Shown piece by piece: positions 1 through 10,685 of a DNA stretch of 64,000 bases. The stretch lies in contig OX638150.1 of NCBI GenBank assembly GCA_951804945.1, positions 50,654,001 to 50,718,000 on the forward strand, in the 5' to 3' direction. A model generated the notes under the pieces. That model was not told where the DNA came from. It saw nothing but the letters and a program-made list of their open reading frames with translations, and ran no database searches. Numbering within the stretch: position 1 is the first letter of the stretch; each line of letters opens with the position of its first letter. The position numbers were made by a program, and so were the translations under genes. The stretch is from Podarcis cretensis. Lineage: Eukaryota.

Positions 1-222
1 GTATAAATACATGCGTCACCATCAGAAAAACACCCCACAAGTATAATTTGCTACTCCTTAGTTATCAGGCTTTGAATGCTACTTGATGCTTGATGTTTTT
101 TGCTTCGTTTTCTCCCCCTACTTCCACATTCTGACACCCGTTTCTATTTAAAACATCTGTCTCTGTTACATTTAATTGGAGGACCTCTTTGGAACGCTCC
201 ATGCCTGGTTGAAGCCCCTTAC

Positions 223-783
223 CATCTGCTTGTCGTACTCGTCCTTCAGGGCGACGACGCTGTGGCTGCTGTGGGAGCCAGTGGTGGAGCAGGCCTTGCA
301 AACACACACCAAGTCGTCTTGACAGAAGCATTCCAGCAGCATGGCATGCTCTGGGCATTTCTTCTCCTCCTGGGCCCCAGCGGTCCCAAGAGCCACCAAG
401 GCATGGTTCTTCTGGGTGGCCTTCGAATTGTGTTTCCTCAGGTGGTCCCGGCACAGGGACGCCTCACAGGTCAGACACTTCTTCTCCGCTGAGTGAGGTT
501 TCCCTAGGCAGAAATCGCAGGGAATCATGATTCTCCTTTCTTTGAGCTTCCAAGGAGGCTTTTCCTTCTGAGGAGGCAGTGAGAAACTGGCAGCTCTCTG
601 TTGACAACCTGGCATGAACCTTGAACACAGGGTAGGAGGTGCTGGCTTTGGACTCCTGCACTGTGTTCGGTATGCCCTGGGCAGAGTCCTAAGAGAACTC
701 CTGCAGCCCCAGCTCAGGGACACAGGACGGCCATGTATGCTGTGTGTCACCATGTTCCAGCAGGTGGTTGTTTCAAATTCCAT
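223..783 (-). CDS. TRIM-family protein, first coding exon (B-box1 + B-box2; TRIM16/25/47-like, no intact RING); gene continues off the left edge
   Basis: Translation contains CDFCLGKPHSAEKKCLTCEASLCRDHLRKH (B-box type 1) and CPEHAMLLECFCQDDLVCVCKACSTTGSHSSH (B-box type 2), then a coiled-coil start (LKDEYDKQM) ending at a phase-0 donor ATG|GTAAGG at 223/222. Acceptor ttcttacAG at 849-850. Start is ATG 783 (gcaATGG) or ATG 528 (atcATGA). Confidence 0.8.
620..750 (-). pseudogene. Vestigial (decayed, frameshifted) RING-finger coding sequence of the TRIM gene
   Basis: Frame A reads VTHSIHGRPVSLSWGC (cf. LTCSIC...PVSLxCGH). Frame B reads F-S-*-D-S-A-Q-G-I...S-Y-P-V-F-K (cf. FCxxCI...SCPxCK). The Cys positions are single-base changes (TCT, TCT, TAC, TTC), with a TAG at 689-691. 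Confidence 0.55.
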
Positions 784-1386
784 TGCTGTCTCTCTGCCAT
801 GGATCCAAAATCCATGCAGAGCTAAGCTCCAATTCAATGAAAGGAAACCTGTAAGAATTTTATTTTTATTTAAAAAAACACATTCCCATGTATTTGGCAC
901 AATAGATTCAGCTCTTCCAATGAAGATGTCTACTATTTTATTTATATGGTGGGTTTTTAAAAAAATTTAAGATTTATACCCTGCTTTTTGTGGAACTTCC
1001 TCCACAAGTGACTTACAATCTCCAAGAAAACCAACTTAAATACAATAGAAAATAAAAGAAAGCACAAGGCACTCAAGCAATAAGGCAGCATACAAACAAT
1101 TCACAAAACAAATCCAGGAAACCTTGCATCCAAGACCCTTCATTAAAATCAAAGTGAAGAGGTAGATTTTAAAGAATCCAGTTTTATCTTTGTGTGGTTC
1201 TACAGAGTAGAGAATCCTATGCATGTTTTGAAAAATACTTTGTGCAGGCACCTATGGTGCTTTTATCAAGATAGGAGTATCAGCACTTCATTTTTGACCA
1301 AATATTATTAATTATAATTGTATTGTATTGTACTGTACTGTGGCCCTCCCTTCACTGTAAGATCCCGAGGTGTGTTACAGCATCTG

Positions 1387-1436
<50 letters not shown>
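1387..1436. repeat. (TCTA)n microsatellite
   Basis: About 12 tandem TCTA units seen directly. Confidence 0.95.
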
Positions 1437-1648
1437 ATCTGTTTCTTAAATTTGTATCCCACTTTTCCAATAGCATGCTCAAAGGCAGATCACAAAATAA
1501 AAGTGACTAAAGTGACTAAATTGCTATACAAGACAGAAAATTGAGGGTTGGCACTTTGTGACATCAAGTGCTTATAGCCAGACATGGCAAAACAGTAGTC
1601 CTTGGGCCCTCCCTCTGTGTGAAGAAAAGTGTAGAAGACTGCCTCTAC

Positions 1649-1839
1649 CTTTGGGTCCTTGCCCAGGCTGCTTTCCTGGATGCCCTTATTTTAATGGGTC
1701 TGCCCGCATAGAGTAAGGCGAAATCAGCCACCCTCATGAGAATGCTAATAACCGTGTCCCAGAAATCCTGATTAGGAAGCATCATGCCTAGCAGAGCCTG
1801 TGGGAGCTTCACCCAGAGAGACTGCAGAGGTCTGCACAC
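1649..1839 (-). other. Possible non-coding 5' exon of the TRIM gene
   Basis: Acceptor-like gttttacAG at 1840-1841 and donor-like AAG|GTAGAG at 1649/1648; splice signals only. Confidence 0.2.
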
Positions 1840-2071
1840 CTGTAAAACATGATAAGTGCATATGCAATCCCCACACTGCATTTGTTTTGCTGTTTTTTTA
1901 AAAACATACACTATATGAGAGAGCTGAGGTTCCGAAACTGTGGTCTGTGGACCACCAATGGTCAGTAAGATTCATTCAGGTAGTCCATAGTATGTCTGTA
2001 AAAATACAATTGAAAATACATTTGAAAATCATACAGTGCTTGCAATAAGCTTCCTGAACTGGGGTGGGTGG

Positions 2072-2712
2072 GAAATAGAAAGGCAATGCGTTTTTCCCCT
2101 TTCTGACTCCTTCTCTTTAGTAACTACATGCTGGCAAAGTACCGGTAGATTCCTTCCTGCTTCTCCCAATTCAAGCTTGTTTTGAGTATGAGCTAGTGGG
2201 TACTAGTGTTCACTTCCTGGCTCCATCCTGTCCGCATGCAAAACCTATGCAGTACTTAGAATGGCTTTGTTTGCCATGGGTAATAACCAGCAGCCTTGAT
2301 GGGCTATTCCTTTCTGCACATCGCTGCAATATATTTGCTAGACTCCACGGATTTGGAAGTGGAGCAGAGGTGTGCAGGAGCACCCTGCTGTGCAAGCAAG
2401 AGTTCTTATGCTGGCTTCTGCTAGCACACCAAAGTATTTGATTCTGGTCCTTAATGCCTAGAGAGCAGAGGGGTCTGAAATGAGGATTTTTGCACATGAA
2501 CGGCATTTCTGAAAATATCTCTCACAATCGCAAATAAGGACAGGGACCAGAACATAAAGAGAGTCCTGGTAAATAGGGACACTTGCAAGATACAATTTCG
2601 CACATTTGAATGATTATATCATTTCCTTTCTACCCACTGTTACTTACTCACCTGGGGGTCTCCTTAAGCTTTCTGCTACATTTCCCTTTCCCTTTCCTTT
2701 CCTTTCCTTTCC
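2072..2712 (-). promoter_or_regulatory. Candidate TRIM promoter/first-exon region with IRF/ISRE-like motifs
   Basis: GAAATAGAAAG at 2072-2082; ETS-IRF-like CCAGGAAGTGAAC (minus, 2208-2220); GGAAA/GGGAAA array (minus, 2681-2712); strong donor CAG|GTGAGT at 2652/2651. Confidence 0.35.
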
Positions 2713-3010
2713 AACACTTTTATTCTGCAAATAACAACTGGCTCTTTCTTCGCATGCCCACACACCTCCAAAGTACTCCTTCATCCTGTTAGCAGAATAA
2801 TAAGCACACCAAGTTCCAAGGCTGCGTGGAGTTCCAAGGCTCCGAGGGTTTTGTGCGTACAGTGACAATCCCATCCCCCTGGGGATTTGCGGCATGACTG
2901 AAGCATAAGTGCAATTTAGGAGCAGAAAGCCACCCAAAAATGTACACACAATTCCACACAGAGTTGCAAACAAGCAGGACATGTTGGACTTCATAGTATA
3001 TTTGTTATGA

Positions 3011-3020
3011 TTTATTTATT
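3011..3020 (-). terminator. PPARGC1B: Probable PPARGC1B distal polyadenylation signal (overlapping AATAAA x2)
   Basis: Plus-strand TTTATTTATT gives AATAAATAAA on minus, followed by a GU/U-rich downstream element (ttgtttg...tgtgtggaattgtgtgt, ~2940-2975) and preceded by AU-rich UTR-like sequence. Confidence 0.6.
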
Positions 3021-4160
3021 TATAGGCAGATCACTTCACTATTTACAGTACATGAATGTAGAGATTCTACAGTCTTTGTGATGTAAACAAGTAACTCCAC
3101 GGCAGGGGAGTTTCAAAAAGAAGCCAGTTCTGAAGTATTTACACAATTTAAAATAGAACTTTTATATACCTACCAGATAGATATAGAGAATACATTGAGC
3201 AATTTGGTTAAATCATCTACGAAACTATAGAATCTGACAATGTAAAAATACAAGAAAACGTTCTCTCATTTAGAAGGTAGACATTGAAATCACACTAGAA
3301 AGAAATATTTCTTTTAAAAAATGACAATAACAAAGGAAAGGCATAAGAATCTATGCCGATTAAGGTTAAAGTATATTACATAAATAAGGACACAACAGAA
3401 CACAACTGGGGGGAAATTAAGTGAAATATAAAAATTTTCTACTATTTTTTTTTAAAACAGTGAACTAAAAACTTGATTTTATTGATTACAAAAGGGGTCA
3501 ATCCTGCTGCTTTTACTCACCAAGAAATAAGTTATCACTTAGTTAATACATGTAAAAGAGAAGCAGAATTGGCCCCTTCTAATTATTAGCAGTGTCCTCT
3601 TCAAAAAACAAAAAAAGTAAAATCTAGTTTTTTATTATAAATAACATAGCAAATGTGCCCCTCTTTTAGGTGAAATTCTTACACCTTTCTTAAGAAATGC
3701 ATCAATTTAGTCTCCTTCACTCTCTCTGGCTCACATACACTCATAAACACACGCTGCAAACAGTGGTATTAATTCACTCTTTTTCACTTTTCCAATAAAT
3801 AATGCCACCTAAAGCACCAGTGGCTGCATTAAAACCAGACTCTCCAGGGGTTTGCCTTGCTATCCACATCAGACATAGTTTCCTCCATGAGGAAATGGGA
3901 AACGTTTTGACTTTTTTTAGGGGGGGGGCGACAAAAACCTTCAGTGTAAATTGACTCTTCAAAAATTCAGTAGGCTAATCTAGTAATACAGGTGCATTTT
4001 TATGCATATAAAGCTCTGTGAAAACTGGCCTACCCATTCTCTTCAATTTTGTGTAAAGCTTTGAAAGACAGAATTCTGCCATAATGAAGACTATGGAGCA
4101 ACCTTATTTCTTTCTCTTTTTTTGAGCTCCATTTGCTCATTGGATCACAGCCTAGGTAAT

Positions 4161-4292
4161 GGATTGGGGAAACCTGTGACCTTTTGAATGTTGTTGGGCT
4201 CCAACTCCCATCAGCCCCAGCCAGCATGAACCATGGTCATGGATTATGGGAGCTGTACCCCAATAACATCTAACAGCACAGGCTCCTCCATC
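4161..4292. mobile_element. Palindromic ~130-bp hAT-type MITE (degenerate copy, within 3'UTR)
   Basis: Core ...ctccaactcccatcagcccc...ggattatgggagctgta... shared with other copies in the window. Confidence 0.65.
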
Positions 4293-7200
4293 AATGACAT
4301 GTGCTATGCATTCCAAGGACAGAGAACCCAAGTAAGGCTGATGCATTTGATTTAGTCTGCCTCACTGGCACAAAGTTTAGGGTGACAGCAGGATACCATG
4401 ATAAATTCACCCAAACCAGATTGGATAGCTTGCTCCTTAACACTAGGGCATAGCCGAGTTTTCACTGAGATTCTGCACATAACCTTTTCCCACGACATGG
4501 TCATTTTTCAGGTGCAGGGAGCGTACGGAGATGCGTTCAATCATGTGAGCCCCCCACCTGCAGTCAGGTGGCAAGCTCAGATGCAGATTGTTAGTGATAA
4601 CCTCAGTCACAGAGATCCCGTCTCTAAGTTGCATGACATGCAGCAATGCTTGTGTACTTGTTTTTGTAGCATCTATCCTACATTACAACACATTAATTTG
4701 TTAGAGCATCATAGGTGCTCACCTCTAGTGCATTTCTGTTGTCCACTATTAATGGTAGACTTCCAGCTATAAAATGCAAAATGCATAAGCCCCCAGGTTA
4801 CTTTGGGGGAGGGGGCGCACTGCCCCCTTAAGTGCAAGGAGGTACCTGCAATCATACGTACATGAAAATGTTATGGTTGGGCGAAAAGTCACGTTAAAAT
4901 GATGCATGGGCATCAGTGATGTGGGGGAAATGATGCCAGGGGAAATTGTCAAAAAGCACACAAATGAGAATGAGGCCTAAACAAACAATTATTTGCAGAA
5001 TGTTGATGGGAAAGCAGAAGGCTTTGAATGCTCATATTGCTAAAGTGTGTCACAAATAGACTACCCTGCTGTAAGAACAAATTGAGGAAATGCTCAGCTA
5101 CAGATTAAGGACTTGCTATTTTCATCTGGCAAATGAAAATCAAAGTGTCCTTGCTCTCTGATTCCTCTAAGGCTTTTTGACATGGGCTACTGAGAAAATT
5201 GGATGCTAATCATGGAAACACATGACCAAGCTGACATGAAAGTTTCATGGAGGTAGTAGCAAAGCTCAAGACAGTCACTCTGAGAGGGAACGTGGGATGA
5301 ACATTTCCATCGACTGACAATGAAAGTGACGTTTGGGAACCCAGTTCTTCTGCATGCACCTTCTTTTTCTGATGCCTGCATTCACTCCTTTGTCTGGTTG
5401 CTGAATTTAGCAGGAACCATTTGCGTTTCACATAAAAGCATGGTTATTTAAAGGACCAAGGGCAAGGAAATGGCTTATGACTTATTCCTATCGTTAAGGT
5501 ATTTTTCCTAATTAAGAAGCAGTTAGGAGGGACTTCTTTTTCACTCACACATATCCACACGCACACCCCTACATATAATATAGAGATAGTTCTGCTTATT
5601 TAAAAAAATAAATGTCTCCCTCATGATTGCCTTTCTCAACACACCCTCTTATTCCGAAACACCCTGGAAAATTGAATTCTTTTAATTTGTTTATTTGGTT
5701 TCTCACCTGATCTTGCAAAGGCTTGGTTTGTTTCTGCTGCTAATCGTTGTTATGGCTAGGCCTACCCCTTGGGTACGGGGTCCTTGGCTTTATGCATATT
5801 ATTAAGAGAAATAATATGGGAGAAAGTTAGGCAGACTTCGCAGAAGTATACGGAAAGCACAGGAGCCCAAGCTCTTTCTAAACAGGGCAGAGGAAGTAAC
5901 CATTAAGGTAATTAAGGTCCTTCTTTAGCTAATGGGGGCAGGGGACCCTCGGCTACTCTTCTTAGCCTCAACGTGCGGCCACCTTGGGAAATCAAAATGA
6001 GCTGAACTGCACCAAGGTTTAAATCTGCCCAAACATGTTGGCGGCAGTGATGGCTATAAAAATGTGTAAAGCTCATTTTAATTCCCCCAACCTAAATAAG
6101 GAACAAACTTCCTTTCCCCCTTTTCATCTCCAACCTGTGCTTCAAACTCAGCAAGTGAGGGGCTTCAGGCTGAGGAAGTGAGCCTTGTGAGGGACTGCAC
6201 CATGGAACTAGCTCCTCGCACACTAGTGGTGGTGACACTCAACTGCTGATGGCTTTGCTGGTTCCCTTGTGCACCACACTGACCCCCGACTACTGCCTCA
6301 ATCCTCCTGAAAGCAGCAGGCCACCCAGCTGGTGGGAGGTCAGGGGTGGACTGCCACCCTACCACTGTCCTCACAGTATGAGCAAAATGCCTATTCTGTA
6401 TTATAGGCCAGGACTGTGGAACCCACCAAGCCCATCACAGTATGCCAGCCATCTACGGAGGCCTGCAAGACACTTTGTCCCCTGACCAGGCCTCTGGCAG
6501 GCTGGTAGTTAGGCAAGCCACAAGTTCTGTAGATCTGTTAAAAAGGTATCCACCCAGCTGCTCTGATTCGTGGAGATGAACTAGGACCTCCAAGTGGTCC
6601 TTCCGATTCCTGTGCCATTCTGAACTGAGTTTTGGGGTTTGTTTTTTTCACCAGCAGCAGCTCAAACTACTTCTTGCAGTGCATGTGGAGCACAGCAGCT
6701 TGCTGCTCTACGAAATAGAGGACCCTCCTGGAATATACCCTGAATACAGGCTTGCTGCCTAAAATTCTCCCATCCATATGGAGCAACTTTCCAAGCTTCT
6801 GATAGCCAAGGGTTTTTGCACTGTTTGTATCCCTGTGGCTGATACAAACTTAGCTGTGCTTCCAATAGCCATTAAAATAAGCCACAGGTTACTAGTGTGC
6901 CACAACCAGCATTAGATGTCCGTGCTTTTCAAACCATACTACTCAGGCTCTACATTCAACAGTGGTGGATTTACAGCTGCTGCTCTGTACCCAGCAGCAG
7001 TCAGAGGGGCTCAATGCCCCGCCACTACCTTTTCCCTATACATGTGTGCGTTTGTGCACATGTGTGCATATTGCATAAAGTCCTAGCGAAATTTCTCACA
7101 AAAAATTAAAATAAATATTTTTATAGGCTTCAGGCAACACAAAGACCACTTATTGCACCTCTCCCTATATCTAGGATTGAGAGGCCATGTGCGTTACAGG

Positions 7201-9070
7201 ACCTTCTTCTCTCCTCAAAAGAGCATGCGTGTGCATGCTCTAACATCATTGGTAAGTCCAGCCTCTTAAAAGTAACTTGAGATAATAATAAAAAAAACTG
7301 ATTAAATACAAACCCATGTTTGCAAGCGATCTGCACTGAAGGCAGCTCTTTCTGGAGAGCAGAAGGACTCTTCCTTCTCCTCTGCAGCTGCATTCAACAC
7401 TTTCAGCATGCTCAGAAATTTGATGCATTTTCCATCTCTCTGACCAAAGCCAGTGGTGAACTTTGATCTATCCTTGTAACCAAGCCAGGAGATGGAAGAA
7501 TTCCACTTAACGGTTGTAGGGGTGGTTACTTATTTTTCTTCTTCTTCTGTTCGATTGTTCTCTGAAAACATCAGCACAGCACAGGACAGGACAGGACAGT
7601 CCTACCCACCCTAAATGTGTCGCTAAGTACATTCTACAGTAAGCTCTATAGCAATCACATGTAAACATCATTGTGGTGAGGAAATACTAGGACAGAAAAA
7701 GGCAGAGCTACAATGAGGCACTTGTCAACAGCAGATGCTTTGTCTGGGCCAGACTTTGCTCTGGGCTGATCATGAGAGGATCTTGCGATCCATCAGTAAG
7801 TTCTCGAATGGAGGTGGTGCAAGCAACATTGAAGCAGCCAATATTGTGAGGATGATTTTCTTTTTTTCTTTTTTTTGACCAACAACACATGAAATTGTGA
7901 CATCGGTTACTATATAAAATAAGCACTGTTGTTATTAAAGCTCCACATTAAAAGACGGAAACAATCACATAATTAGTATAGGATAACACATGAGTTAATG
8001 CCTTGATCTCATTCATGGTGTTTCTGATGCATGTGGTCCTTACTGGCTCAATGGAATTACTCAAGACAGGCAAGCAGGAGTTAGACCTAAGCCAGGCAGT
8101 TGCCAAGGTCTTTGGCAATTTCTTCCTTTTGATTCAGATTAAATACCTGCTGGACGAATTAAGGTTGTTGCATTCTGTATACATGGGGTGGCTAAATGCC
8201 AGAGATCTTTGTGAAAAATAAACCAAAGACATGATGGCTGATGAAGGTATTAGCAAGGTTATTTGGTCCCCACTTGAAAATGCTATCACTTGATGCATCT
8301 GCTGGTTTCTTGGTCTGCCTCTCATGTCCCTGGACATTGCTTCCAAGTATAGCACGAGAACAGCCATACTGCATGAGGCATTAGCACAGTATATTGTGGC
8401 AAGTCCGAGCTATGTTTGAGTGAAACAATTGTGGAAGTTAGATAGCGACTCCTTCCCACTACTCAGTCTTCTGAGCTAGAGGCTTCTACACTGCCTCTGT
8501 CCCAGCACCCCGGTTCGTATCAAAGAGCCCCTAAACTAGTTGCTTAAATCACTCTAAGACTTCCTTTGTAATTACTCAAACTTCTGAATCTGAGAGAAGC
8601 CAGGGGGAGGGCACAAGATTGCCGCCAAGAGGAAGTCAAAAGGAACATCAAATAGGCAGTGACATCCACGCCTTTCTTGACAGGGAGCAGGAGAAAGAGA
8701 GAGAAGGGAAGTCGCTTCACAAGGCTTCATAGCAATGACACTATGTTTTATGGCTTATTCCACTCATAAGGAGAGTAGTGTTCAAAATGGAGCAGGGACA
8801 ATCAGCTGATGAGCCATGTGCTATGTGCCAGCTGTAAACACTGTGAACTCACTCAGCCAAAGGTGTGAGAATTCCTATGAACTTTTTTTCTGTTGGGTGT
8901 TGCCCACCAGGCAGGAGATTTTGCTTTGGTTAGATGACCAGATGGGTAAAAAACTATTCCTGAGGCTACTGGTGATGTCATGTATGGCCTTAAATGAATT
9001 GCTCCACATTCCTCTACCTCAAACTCCCACATGGATCTCGCGAAACTGCAGCTGCTATCATTAGATGGTA

Positions 9071-9426
9071 CAGTGGTGCCCTGCAAGACGAACGCCTCGC
9101 AAGAGGGAAAACCCGCTAGACGAAAGGGTTTTCCGTTTTGGAGGTGCTTCGCAAAACGAATTTCCCTATGGGCTTGCTTCGCAAGACGAAATGTCTTGCG
9201 AGTTCCTGCGGGTTTTCCCCCCCTTTCCCCCCCTTTCCCTAAGCCGCTAAGCCGCTTATCAGCTGATCCGCTGATAAGCCGCTTATCAGCTGATCCGCTA
9301 AAAGCCGCTAAACCGCTAATAGCGCTAATCCGCTAAGCTGTCAATGGGCTTGCTTCGCAAGACGAAAAAACCGCTATACGAAGAGCCTCACGGAACGGAT
9401 TAATTTCGTCTTGCGAGGCACCACTG
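9071..9426. mobile_element. Tc1/mariner (pogo/Tigger-like) MITE, full length
   Basis: TA target duplication (9069-9070, 9427-9428); 22-bp TIRs CAGTGGTGCC(CT/TC)GCAAGACGAA; CpG-rich; second copy at 25641-25967. Confidence 0.9.
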
Positions 9427-9708
9427 TAGATGTAATGCAAAGAAACTTCTGGGTATAATTGTTCTGGGATTGGCTCTCAGACTTTCTCAGTCTTGCTGTA
9501 GACTTGTGCTCCTGCGCTACTGGTCACGATGGCTATATGGAGCTTTCAAGTTTAAAGTTAAAACGCCTCTTGAGTAACAGTTGCTGGAGAGCAAACAAAA
9601 GGACTACTGCCTTCATACATTGCTGGAGAGCATCAAAAGGAGAGGACTATTACTTTTTAGGAATCTAGTCACCCATGGCACAAAACAGAATGCTTGACTA
9701 GATAGGCA

Positions 9709-9786
9709 TTTGTTCTGATCCAGAGAAGCTTTTCTTTGTTCTGATCCAGGGGAGCTTTTCTTTGTTCTGATCCAGGGGAGCTTTTC
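9709..9786. repeat. 26-bp tandem repeat x3 (TTTGTTCTGATCCAGGGGAGCTTTTC), likely the duplicated tail of an old LINE/SINE 3' end
   Basis: Three head-to-tail copies (9709-9734, 9735-9760, 9761-9786) preceded by cagaatgcttgactagataggc. Confidence 0.85.
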
Positions 9787-10685
9787 TTACGTACCATTTC
9801 CCTGGCAGGTGGGGCTTCACTACCTTGTGACCACTGTCAATCCATCAAGGGGCAGAGGGAAAACACACTCTACCCTTGCACCCTTTTTCTCCCTCCCCTT
9901 CCTCAAAAATGCACCATCTGAGAACGCCATTCCTATCCACCCAGAGCCAGCTCTGGACTGAGGAATCACAATGTGCCTTGTGCCATCAACAAACAGGGCA
10001 GTGGTGATCCCAGAATTCAGCCCAAACGAAACGGAACAAATGGCTTATATAGCAAGAGCACAACATCAGTCGGTCACCCCTTGGTTTGCCATGGACAGGG
10101 CTGAAGCCAATTTCAACTGAGTGGCCAATTGGAGGGCACCCTTTGGGGAGGGCCACATCTGCTGACAGGCAAGTGCCTCATTACAGTGCATAGTTAAAAA
10201 TCAAGGAAGCGGTACAATAAATCTGAATTACAGTACATCTGAGCCATAAATACATTATAAGTATATATTTCTTTCTTCTATTAAAAATTAGTTTACAATC
10301 CTGATTCTATTCACAATTAACAATTTCATCATCACACACTACAGACAAAAAAAAAAGTTATGGTGAACACAGCTGCAAATCCACGGCGGAAGTGGGTAAC
10401 GGGGGGGGGGGCAGAGAAAGGGGCCGGACAAGAAGGGGACAGGAGGCTTTTGCAGGCTCATCCTAACACAACCAGTCAGAAGCAAAGATACTAATGTGTG
10501 GCAGTGGAACATCAACACCATGGGGACTCACAGACAGAAGCAGCTTGTTCAATGTAAACATCGATTTAAAGGGACAGCAGTCTCTCTCTCTCTCTCGTTG
10601 TGTACTTAATCATTTCTTTGAAAACGTAAACATATTGGAAGTGCCTTGACTGAGGTATTGAGGTATTCCTCAAAGGTTAAGGCTG

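Larger units (their letters stand above)
2995..10685 (-). other. PPARGC1B: PPARGC1B long 3'UTR (~7.7 kb, inferred)
   Basis: Starts after TAA at 10686-10688 with CAGCCTTAACC...AATACCTCAATACCTCAG, which resembles the mammalian proximal UTR as I recall it. Clustered miRNA/PUM sites and the terminal polyA signal support the extent. Other AATAAA signals at ~3478, ~3631 and ~5690 could shorten it. Confidence 0.55.

Noticed and set aside
9709-9786. CRISPR-like repeat array
   Set aside because: No spacers; eukaryotic tandem duplication.
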